NCBI GenBank assembly: GCA_016188865.1
Contig: JACPGX010000002.1
Span: 66,398 to 130,397, forward strand
From: Candidatus Nealsonbacteria bacterium
Lineage (GTDB): Bacteria > Patescibacteriota > Minisyncoccia > Minisyncoccales > MHMH01
Length of the DNA stretch: 64,000 nt
Reading direction: 5' to 3'
Under the pieces are notes generated by a model. The model had not been told where the DNA came from. It was given only the letters and a program-made list of their open reading frames with translations, and searched no databases. Of this stretch, positions 27,269-35,490 are shown piece after piece (positions within the stretch are counted from its first letter, which is position 1; each line of letters opens with the position of its first letter). Position numbers and translations under genes: made by a program.

Positions 27269-28522
27269 TTATATCTGCGGACGCTCCGTGGCACCAACCG
27301 GCCTAGTCGGTAAATCCACAAACCCAAGGGAATCTTGTTCCTCTACGGGAGCATTATCTTCCTCCAATTGATTTGTCATTGCTTTCAGTTTGGCGATATT
27401 TTCGCGAGCCGCGGCAACGCCCTCAACCTTGTAGCGCTGGACAGTAGCCTTGGCATTGGAAAGTCTGGTGTACGCTTCCTCGAGCTTTCTGATTGCAATC
27501 ATCGGTTCCTTGTAAACATCTCCGATTTCTTTCATATGCTGTTCAAGCATGGCAGCATTCGCAACGAGCAAATTTCCCATGAATTCTCTCGTGGTGCGCA
27601 CTAGGTCAATGGCGTTCTTGCTATGCTGGATAGCGGCACAAATCGCCAAAGCAATCCAGACGACGTTCATGCCCATGGTAGCCATCTGGCGAATTGTTTC
27701 GATGACAAGAAAATTGCTTTCCCTGATCATCTTTATTTGCTCAAGAGCCTGCCCATAGGCATGGATCATGGCGTGCAAATTCTGAGCTCGGTTTGAAACG
27801 ATAAAAAGTAGCGTCTGAAGCTGACCTTTCTTTTCTTTGTCTTCGGTACGCTTAATAAGCGCATCGAGTTTTTCCATTAAAACCTCGGCCCCGTAGACCT
27901 CTCTCTCAACTAACGCTTTTTCGGTTTCAAGGTTGCCATAAGAAACTTTCAGCTCGACATTATCTTTTACAAGCCGCGCTTCTCCTGCTCGCAAAGTCTC
28001 CTCAAGTTCTGTTGCAAATTGCGCAAGCGTCTTGCGGCGCTTGGCAATTGTTTTCAAAACCCTTACGAGACGATTTCCTAAAAATGGAATGATGCCCAGT
28101 ATTCGGAAGAATGGTTCTCTCTGAACATACTTCGGGTGAACTCTTTCCATTACGGCTTCCAATTTCTCTATGTCCTGCTCCACTTGAGCAGTAGTGCTTT
28201 TTTCGCCGTCATTCTTAAAATCGAAAACTACACCCATTCTTTCTTGATGAAGCTCGAGCTGCTGGGCGGCATGCCGCTGGGTTTTTAAACCCAGAGTCGT
28301 TACCTTGTCGGCAAGCTCGAGGGCCTTCATGCCTTCGGTTGTTTCCAACTCCCTGGTAATTTGCTCGGCTTTTTCATCAATCTGCCTTTGTTCCTCTGGG
28401 CTTAAACCCTTCGGAAGTTTAGCCGGCTTAACCTCTACTTTCTGGCTAGCAATAGCAGAAGTTTCGGTTTGATCTTTTTCCTTTTTGGCCACCTCTAATG
28501 GCTTCTGTTCTTGTTCTGGCAT
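27269..28522 (-). CDS. TelA-like toxic anion resistance family protein
   Basis: About 417 aa. LSPEEQRQIDEKAEQI and FFRILGIIPFLGNRLV...ELEETLRAGEARLVKDN follow the order of B. subtilis YaaN/TelA as I recall it. The ATG at 28522 follows GGAGG and lies 1 nt from the upstream stop. Confidence 0.75.
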   Translation of the reverse strand: MPEQEQKPLEVAKKEKDQTETSAIASQKVEVKPAKLPKGLSPEEQRQIDEKAEQITRELETTEGMKALELADKVTTLGLKTQRHAAQQLELHQERMGVVFDFKNDGEKSTTAQVEQDIEKLEAVMERVHPKYVQREPFFRILGIIPFLGNRLVRVLKTIAKRRKTLAQFATELEETLRAGEARLVKDNVELKVSYGNLETEKALVEREVYGAEVLMEKLDALIKRTEDKEKKGQLQTLLFIVSNRAQNLHAMIHAYGQALEQIKMIRESNFLVIETIRQMATMGMNVVWIALAICAAIQHSKNAIDLVRTTREFMGNLLVANAAMLEQHMKEIGDVYKEPMIAIRKLEEAYTRLSNAKATVQRYKVEGVAAARENIAKLKAMTNQLEEDNAPVEEQDSLGFVDLPTRPVGATERPQI

Positions 28523-28523
28523 T

Positions 28524-29540
28524 CTACTCCTCCTTCTTGCCAAAATTTAACTGACTCTGCTGCTCTAATGCCCGTTGTCGTTCCTTAGCAAATCTGATTC
28601 GAAACTCAAGTTCATCCATCATTCGCTCTACCTCGTCTTTTGTTTTATCATCGGTCAGGGTCGGCAGTTCTAGCCTTACTTTGCGGATCTGGCCTTCGCA
28701 TAAATCTGATTCGGCAAGCAGCTCGATGACCCTCTTTCTTTGATTAGAAATAATCTTTAGATGCTGTTCATTCGCCTCTTTCCTTTCTTTCCAGCGCTGA
28801 ATTTCTTCAGCATCTCCGCCGGACTTTTCCAAACGCTCAATAGTTTTAGCGTAATCCTCTGTTTCCTGTAAAAGTCTCTTCGCGGGAGTCGCCTCGATCT
28901 GCTTTATTGCCTCAAGGGTTGTTCTTAAAACTCCCAAACCCTGCCGATAAACATCTCTGACCAAATCTCTCACCCTATCCATGGCCACCAATGATTTGAC
29001 GCTGGAAATCCGGCAAAAAGCATTATATTCAGAAGCCAATTCTTCAAGGGCTTTCAGGCCCTCGTTGTATCCAATTTCAATAAAATCACTCCTTAGTTCT
29101 GCCTCAATGGTCTTGAGCTCCTCTTGCTCTTTCCCTTGTTCTAATTTCTTTTCAAGGCCATCAAACTCTTCTGATTTCAGGGCAAGATACTTCTTGCCGC
29201 GGATAAACCAGTTCCAGAGCCAAGAACAGCATCCTAGCGCTGCCGAACCAATCATGGTGAATAAAGCAAACACTCCCCCTCCAGCAAATGGCGCTATAAA
29301 AATGAGAAAAATTAAGGAGAGTATCGCCACGAAAATTGAAAATTTTGTCAGCGGATGTTCGAGAGTATCTTTGAGTACTTCCTTTCTAAGCTTTTCTACT
29401 GAAAGTCCGTCATCTTTTTTGGCAATCTTCGACTCTTCCTTGGTAGCTTTAATCGACGGACCATCTCGGGTGCGAAAATCGCGTTTGAATTGCTCTTCTC
29501 TCCGAGGGTTTTTTCCTCTTTCCTGACGCATATCGCTCAC
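28524..29540 (-). CDS. two-TM coiled-coil membrane protein, possibly XpaC-like (TelA partner)
   Basis: 338 aa: a basic N-terminus, two adjacent TM helices (FSIFVAILSLIFLIFIAPF / VFALFTMIGSAALGCCSWLW), then a long helical region. The call rests on this architecture and on tight coupling to the TelA-like gene, as in xpaC-yaaN. Confidence 0.4.
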   Translation of the reverse strand: MSDMRQERGKNPRREEQFKRDFRTRDGPSIKATKEESKIAKKDDGLSVEKLRKEVLKDTLEHPLTKFSIFVAILSLIFLIFIAPFAGGGVFALFTMIGSAALGCCSWLWNWFIRGKKYLALKSEEFDGLEKKLEQGKEQEELKTIEAELRSDFIEIGYNEGLKALEELASEYNAFCRISSVKSLVAMDRVRDLVRDVYRQGLGVLRTTLEAIKQIEATPAKRLLQETEDYAKTIERLEKSGGDAEEIQRWKERKEANEQHLKIISNQRKRVIELLAESDLCEGQIRKVRLELPTLTDDKTKDEVERMMDELEFRIRFAKERQRALEQQSQLNFGKKEE

Positions 29541-29544
29541 CTCA

Positions 29545-31119
29545 TCACCTTTTGTCTTCTAGTAAAACAAACTCCACTCTGGCTAGTCTGGTGCGATAAG
29601 AAAGTTCTCCCTCGCCAGACAGACGGCTAAGCGGCTCGCGTGAACCAAGGCCAATCGTCATTATCCTGCTGGCATCGAAGCCGTGAACGGCTTCAAGATA
29701 TCTTTTCACGCTGTCAGCTCTCTCTTGAGAAAGAGTTATATTTGCCTGCTCATCCCCTGAAGGAGCCGTATGACCTTTAATAAGAATACGGTACTGCGGA
29801 TAATTCTGCGACAAAGCAATAGCCGCTTCATCAACCACTTTCCTGCCATCAATAGTCAAAGTGGTGGTTCCTGACTGGAAAAGAATCGGCAGAATTCTCA
29901 TGGTGCCCATGGCTTTCAACTGCTGCCACTCGCTGATTGTCAGAGGAGCGAAAGCAATGCTTATGGGCATTACCGCCCCGATGGCGGATGAATTCTGCAC
30001 TTTACCGTAAAGACTGGCAATTATTGTCGAATTAACAATCGTGTAGGGGTTGTTTCTTAGCGGATCGGTTTTGAAATCGCCGATTTCCAGCATAACTTGG
30101 GACACCTGCGAAATTGTATCAATGAGTTTTTCCCGCTTTGTGGTAGCTACTATGCCCGATGGAGTCAAGCCGAACCAGCGGTAATTATCCTCATAATCAA
30201 ACCAGGCAATCCGGTTTACTGCCTTCTCTGATTCGTCTCGCGACTTAAAGATAATTTTATTTTCCGCATCCTTTATTTTCCCCATCTCTCTAAACATCTC
30301 ATCGCGATTCTTATCGTAGTAAGTGAGCGTTTCAAAGTATGCCTGGAAGAAAGCACTGACTTTTTCTGGCTCTTTCAAAACTAGTTCCCGCTGGGCGACG
30401 AATACATCAACAATCATTCCCGCAACCTGGTCAGATCCGAAAATCGGAACTATTCCGGGAAGCGCAAGGGCCAAAGAAACATCGGGCTCCCATAATACAG
30501 CAGCGTCAATTTTCTGAGCCCTAAGAAGCTCATAGGCTTCCTTTGAACTCTTTGTTTCCTGACGCCAAACTTTTTGCGTTTTCAAATTCTTTAAATCAAA
30601 ATGAACAATAGCCGTATTCAGAAGAAAAGAAGAAGGCGAATCAGCGGTGAACCCGATTTTGAGATTAGGGTTATCTAAGTCGTTGACTTTAGTGCCGCCG
30701 ACTTTCTGGCTATAAGCCAGAATGCTGTCCGCGCCCTTAGAATCGGAAATCACCGATACGATAACGCCCGGATAATTATAATCCTTGCCGTGATAAAGAT
30801 ATGAATTTACGGGCAGTACCATTAAATCATACTTGCTATCATTGAATTGTTTGTGCCTGGCAGCATAATCGCCGCCGTCATTAACCCAGTTCAGGGCATA
30901 TCCCTTTTGCCGCAAGTTTCTCAAAAATTCCGGGCTAGTAATAAACCAGTATCCTAAATAATTGTCGCCGGCTACGGTGATGGTTCCTTTGATTCTCGGG
31001 GCATCAGAAGAGCGGATAAAATTCGCTGCCCTGTCGCGGGATTGAAGAATAGAAAAAACAATTCCGCCAATCAATGCCAAAACAGTCAGGATTATCAGTA
31101 TTACCGTGCTTTTTCTCAT
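29545..31119 (-). CDS. membrane-anchored periplasmic-binding-protein domain fused to an OmpA/MotB-like C-terminal domain
   Basis: 524 aa. N-terminal TM, a PBP-like middle (TVAGDNYLGYW...), and a C-terminal OmpA-like segment ILIKGHTAPSGDEQANITLSQERADSVKRYL. GAGGAG SD. Confidence 0.7.
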   Translation of the reverse strand: MRKSTVILIILTVLALIGGIVFSILQSRDRAANFIRSSDAPRIKGTITVAGDNYLGYWFITSPEFLRNLRQKGYALNWVNDGGDYAARHKQFNDSKYDLMVLPVNSYLYHGKDYNYPGVIVSVISDSKGADSILAYSQKVGGTKVNDLDNPNLKIGFTADSPSSFLLNTAIVHFDLKNLKTQKVWRQETKSSKEAYELLRAQKIDAAVLWEPDVSLALALPGIVPIFGSDQVAGMIVDVFVAQRELVLKEPEKVSAFFQAYFETLTYYDKNRDEMFREMGKIKDAENKIIFKSRDESEKAVNRIAWFDYEDNYRWFGLTPSGIVATTKREKLIDTISQVSQVMLEIGDFKTDPLRNNPYTIVNSTIIASLYGKVQNSSAIGAVMPISIAFAPLTISEWQQLKAMGTMRILPILFQSGTTTLTIDGRKVVDEAAIALSQNYPQYRILIKGHTAPSGDEQANITLSQERADSVKRYLEAVHGFDASRIMTIGLGSREPLSRLSGEGELSYRTRLARVEFVLLEDKR

Positions 31120-31215
31120 GCCTTACTCCTCAAAAAAATAATTTCAAGGTGCAATATTAACTTAAATACATTATCAAATAAATTCATTTTTGTCAAGGGC
31201 ATTTTGTCAAGGGCA

Positions 31216-32592
31216 CGTATTAAATCATCTAAAATCTAACCAAGAGGGTATCAGTTAAATCATCTAATTTCTAACCGAAATGTATCGGGGTAAAATGAGG
31301 CAAAGCGATTATCATTAACCTCATTTTACTTCCATGATGAACATGCAATCAAGGAATCAGTATCTTTTAGAACTAAGAACGGAATATTTAAAAGCAAGGT
31401 CGAAAAAGATAAGAGGCGAGCTGCTGAACGAGGCCGAGAAACGAACCAAGCTGGCGCGCAAGCATTTGATTGTGAAGCTGCGGCCGAAAAGCAGCCTAGA
31501 TAAGGACGAGTCGCAAAGGAAGAAACGGAAACAGTATTACGACAATTCAATCAAGCCAGCGCTTATCAGGACGTGGCAGATATTCGATCACCCCTACGGC
31601 CAAAGGCTGGAAACTTCGTTAAGAGACGAAACAGACAGATTAAGGCTGCAAAATGAGCTGATATGCTCTGATGAGGTTGCTGAAAAGCTAAAACAGATAA
31701 GTTCTGCCACCATAGACAGGAAGTTGAAACACCAAAAAGAAATTGAGAGAACTAGGAAAAAGTACCAGCACAAGATACATCCCTTGCTCTATCAAAAAAT
31801 TCCAGTCAAAGTCTTTGCTGAGCAGGATAGGAACAAATTGGGCAACATCCAAGCAGACTTAGTTGAACACTGCGGCAGCTCGGCTGCCGGAGAATACCTC
31901 AATACGCTGTCTTCAACCGACATTGACACGGGCTGGTGGGAAGGCGAAGCTGTTATGGGCAGAGGCCAAGAGAGAACCTTTCAGGCAATTCAAGCAGCCA
32001 GAGGCAGGTATCCTCTTGGCTGGCAGGAGATTCATTCAGATAACGGTTCTGAATTCATCAATGCCCATTTGTTCAGATACACGGAGAAAGAAGGGTTGGA
32101 TTTCTCGCGTTCCAGGCCATACAAGAAGAACGATAACTGCCTGGTGGAGCAAAAGAACTGGACCCACGTTAAAAAGTTCGTTGGCTATCTGCGCTACGAT
32201 ACCGAAGAAGAATTAACGATACTGAACGATCTCTATCGCCACGAACTCCGTCTTTACAAGAATTTCTTCCAGCCAGTGATTAAATTAATTTCCAAGGAAA
32301 GAGTCGGCGGCAGGATTCATCGCCGCTATGGCCGAGCTAAAACTCCTTGCCGGAGAATCATGGAGTCAAAAGATATTCCAGAAAACAAAAAGCAGGAATT
32401 AAGGGAGATTTACCTCTATTTAAATCCTGCTCAATTGAAAAGAAATATTGATGGCAAGCTGGACGCGCTTTACAGAGCCTACCAGGAGAAAAACAAAACA
32501 TCAAAAGTCGACATTAACAAGAAGATTTCGGTTAGATTTTTCAATACCAATCAAAACCTCGTTTCGGTTAGATAGTTAAATGATTTGACACG
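31216..32592 (+). mobile_element. intact insertion sequence (1377 bp) encoding an rve-type DDE transposase; family not assigned
   Basis: The termini CGTATTAAATCATC... and ...ATGATTTGACACG are imperfect inverted repeats. A 5-bp direct repeat GGGCA flanks the element (31211-31215 and 32593-32597). Each end carries two copies of a TCTAACC(G/A)A-type subterminal motif. Confidence 0.8.
31334..32575 (+). CDS. DDE (rve/integrase core) transposase
   Basis: 413 aa. The integrase-core segment IHSDNGSEFIN and a downstream NDNCLVEQKNWT are consistent with a DDE triad. The stop lies inside the right inverted repeat. Confidence 0.8.
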   Translation: MMNMQSRNQYLLELRTEYLKARSKKIRGELLNEAEKRTKLARKHLIVKLRPKSSLDKDESQRKKRKQYYDNSIKPALIRTWQIFDHPYGQRLETSLRDETDRLRLQNELICSDEVAEKLKQISSATIDRKLKHQKEIERTRKKYQHKIHPLLYQKIPVKVFAEQDRNKLGNIQADLVEHCGSSAAGEYLNTLSSTDIDTGWWEGEAVMGRGQERTFQAIQAARGRYPLGWQEIHSDNGSEFINAHLFRYTEKEGLDFSRSRPYKKNDNCLVEQKNWTHVKKFVGYLRYDTEEELTILNDLYRHELRLYKNFFQPVIKLISKERVGGRIHRRYGRAKTPCRRIMESKDIPENKKQELREIYLYLNPAQLKRNIDGKLDALYRAYQEKNKTSKVDINKKISVRFFNTNQNLVSVR

Positions 32593-32668
32593 GGGCAAAA
32601 ATTTTGATGAAACAAAAGGGCCTGCTTTGAGCAAGGCCCTTCTTTGTTTACTTAATTGTATTCTTATT

Positions 32669-32796
32669 TCTGGAAAACAGTGGAATCAAAATAATCTGAC
32701 TCGCCTTGGGTTTCTTTCAGGGCTTGCAGGAGTCTGGAAAACAGTGGAATCAAAATAATCTGACTCGCCTTGGGTTTCTTTCAGGGCTTGCAGGAG
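32669..32796. repeat. perfect 64-bp tandem duplication spanning the 3' end of the vWA lipoprotein gene
   Basis: The unit TCTGGAAAACAGTGGAATCAAAATAATCTGACTCGCCTTGGGTTTCTTTCAGGGCTTGCAGGAG occurs at 32669-32732 and 32733-32796. Confidence 0.9.
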
Positions 32797-33453
32797 TTCC
32801 TGCTGATTAGCTGCCTCACGATAACTTAATGACTGATTTCTCAACGGGTGATTTTTAATGCCGATGCCGATGGTGATAATCGGAATGCCATTTTCACGAG
32901 CGTAAACAATCCCGCCGCTGCTGGCATCCATGGGCCCATCAGTAGCTTCACCGTCAGTGGCGACCACCAAATAGAATTCTCCGTAGCCAAGCTGTTTCTC
33001 TCGCTGTTTTGTTAAGGCATCAGTTCCCCTTCGGATAGCGTTATTTAATGGCGTTCCTCCGCCAGTACGAATCCCCCTTATCTTCTGGACAATTGCATCG
33101 CGATTCTGTTTGCCTAGGGGCACTAATTCTCCTTGGTTTAGCGTATAGAGCCCGATATTGACATCGGAAAGAACAACTTTGGTGGCAAACTCCTCCAGCG
33201 CTAGTCTAGCCGCCTCAATCCGCGAAGTGCCGTAATCCCGACCATCCATACTGCCAGAATCGTCGATGATAAGGTAAAAATTACGGTCCAGAGAAATCTC
33301 GCCATCCGCCTCTTTCGGAGTTAAAACCTTTGGTTGAGAATCTGAACCCGGGCTAGATGGACTGGCTGGAGATTGAGAAGTGTCTGTGCAACCAGCTAAC
33401 AACAAGATTGTTGCAATAACTGCCGGAATAAACTTTCTTTTCAATTCTTTCAT
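32686..33453 (-). CDS. von Willebrand factor A (vWA) domain lipoprotein
   Basis: 255 aa. Lipobox LLAGCTD, MIDAS motif IIDDSGSMDG, then GGGTPLN and VATDGEATDG. The C-terminal 15 aa are read out of frame through the duplicated 64-bp unit. Confidence 0.8.
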   Translation of the reverse strand: MKELKRKFIPAVIATILLLAGCTDTSQSPASPSSPGSDSQPKVLTPKEADGEISLDRNFYLIIDDSGSMDGRDYGTSRIEAARLALEEFATKVVLSDVNIGLYTLNQGELVPLGKQNRDAIVQKIRGIRTGGGTPLNNAIRRGTDALTKQREKQLGYGEFYLVVATDGEATDGPMDASSGGIVYARENGIPIITIGIGIKNHPLRNQSLSYREAANQQELLQALKETQGESDYFDSTVFQTPASPERNPRRVRLF

Positions 33454-33454
33454 C

Positions 33455-35311
33455 TTATTTCCCTCCTATCGGAGAGAATTTATCAAGCTCTGCCTCAACC
33501 TGAACAATCTGGAAGGCAACCCTCATGTTGGCCCGCCATTCTTGTTCGGTAGCAGGTCTCGGATATTTTGGCCTATCAATTCCAGCTCCTACCACCGTAA
33601 ACTGCGAGGGATCAAAAACAATATTTTTAACCTTTGCGTATTGGATTAGATTTTCGCGGACAGTAATGGCTCTGGTAAGGGAAAGGTTTTTGGCGGCCTG
33701 CTTAGTCCGATCAAGAACCGGCTGAGCTGATCCACTTTGCTGTTCTTTGAGATACGCCAGCGGGTCAGCGTGGCCTTCCACGATAATGATAGCGCCGGGA
33801 TAAATAGAGGCTAACTCTAGAATCTTATCAAACTCGCTGCGATAAAGGTCTACTGTAAACTCATTTTGGTTGGGCGGGAAATAAATTTCGAATTGAAATA
33901 GAACACCAGACTGAGTCGCGCCTGTTTTTTCGCGTTCTCTTGTATACTGTTCAACTTTAGTTGGGTCGAATTTCTGCACCATAACGCCAGTCGTATCTCT
34001 CAACCCTTGGGCCAAAACTGCATAATCCCAGTTAGCCTGCGCCAGAGGAACTGATTTTGTAACAATTCCGAAAGCGAGTAATGCTTCCTGGGTCTCTTTC
34101 AATAATGTCTCAAAATCCCGCAGTGATTTTTGATTTTGATCTTTGCCGAAGAAAAGTACGTTTCCGCGATATCCGGCAAAGGTCATATCCTGAAAAAGGC
34201 CCTCGATATCCGCCGTTGCTTGAGGACTGTCCCGCAGAATTTGAGCAGAAATTTTCAGGAAATTCTGATACTCCGAACCGCGAGTCTGCCGATTATTATA
34301 AAGGTCGGTAAGCTGTTCCTGAGCGAGAAGCAGTCCCTGCACGAAAGCCTGAACATCATTTCGGTGGCTATCTAAGTAATCCTTGCGTACGGCGTAAACA
34401 TCGGCAATTACCTGACTGGCCGTCTTGGTGGAGAGTAAAAGTTTGGCGCCTTTCACTGAACTTTCGGCTCCGGTGCCAACACTGCCCCCTGAAGTCAAGG
34501 CCAGCATGTCGGGAGAAATTACAGTTACCGCGCTAAGGCCGGAATCTTTCTGCATGGCAGTCATCGGGTCAACGGCTACACCCTTGCTGTCATAGGGCGG
34601 AATAGTCAACTCCCTTAGCCAGCGCATTTGCACATCTGTTGGCTTTAAGCCGGCATTCTTCAGCACTGTATATATGTAAAGCATGTGCGGGCCGTAAAGT
34701 TGCGCGCCGATAGTTTTACCTTTAAGATCTGCGGGCATACTAACCGTATCTCCGCGGACGGTCAACGTGTCTCCGCCGGTAGACCAGCTTAATTGGTAAA
34801 TAATTTCCATTTCTATGCCGCGATCTTTCAGGGCCTCAGCGCCGGCAACCACCATATCAAGAGTCCCTCGCAAATACGGAGTATAACCGCTGACAACCTT
34901 GTCAATGGCTCTCACAAAATTATCTTCCCTGAAAAGCTTTACTGAAAGCCCTTTTTGGCTAAAAATACTTCCCGATTGCGTCACACTATCGCCATTGGCG
35001 TAAATAGTCGCCTCATCGGCTCCCCAAGTAATAACCGGCACATTGACCGTTGCGCCAGATGAAACCGGCGAAGGTTTGGCGGTAACAACCCGGGTTAAGG
35101 GAGCCGCTTGCAGATATTCTACTCCGTAAGGGGTGTTAACTTTAACATCCGAAGGTGCCGAAACTGGAGAAACCACTGGCTGCGTTACTGGAATAGTTGG
35201 TTGCACGGGAACAGGTTGGGGGCTATTCACGGGAGTTGGAGCTACCTGTTGACAGCCCATTGCCACGAGCGTCACAATACTTAGTAAAACAATCGCCATC
35301 TTTCTCTTCAT
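33455..35311 (-). CDS. lipoprotein with a periplasmic-binding-protein domain fused to an OmpA-like C-terminal domain (paralogous architecture to 29545-31119)
   Basis: 618 aa. Lipobox LVAMGCQQ, a Pro/Val-rich linker, a PBP-like middle, and C-terminal IIIVEGHADP...LSLTRAITVRENL. 1-nt gap to the vWA gene start. Confidence 0.7.
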   Translation of the reverse strand: MKRKMAIVLLSIVTLVAMGCQQVAPTPVNSPQPVPVQPTIPVTQPVVSPVSAPSDVKVNTPYGVEYLQAAPLTRVVTAKPSPVSSGATVNVPVITWGADEATIYANGDSVTQSGSIFSQKGLSVKLFREDNFVRAIDKVVSGYTPYLRGTLDMVVAGAEALKDRGIEMEIIYQLSWSTGGDTLTVRGDTVSMPADLKGKTIGAQLYGPHMLYIYTVLKNAGLKPTDVQMRWLRELTIPPYDSKGVAVDPMTAMQKDSGLSAVTVISPDMLALTSGGSVGTGAESSVKGAKLLLSTKTASQVIADVYAVRKDYLDSHRNDVQAFVQGLLLAQEQLTDLYNNRQTRGSEYQNFLKISAQILRDSPQATADIEGLFQDMTFAGYRGNVLFFGKDQNQKSLRDFETLLKETQEALLAFGIVTKSVPLAQANWDYAVLAQGLRDTTGVMVQKFDPTKVEQYTREREKTGATQSGVLFQFEIYFPPNQNEFTVDLYRSEFDKILELASIYPGAIIIVEGHADPLAYLKEQQSGSAQPVLDRTKQAAKNLSLTRAITVRENLIQYAKVKNIVFDPSQFTVVGAGIDRPKYPRPATEQEWRANMRVAFQIVQVEAELDKFSPIGGK

Positions 35312-35490
35312 TATCTATTCTCCTCCTTCTTTATTTACTTTTTGAAGAGCTACAATCCTAAACCATCTTTCCAATCCTGACACCTCCTCATTAATTTCGG
35401 GAATAACGTTTCTGTATAACAAATTAATCCAAAATTGTCAAGACCAAAATTAAAAGCGCGTAGACGTCAGGCGTCTATGCGCTTTATTTT

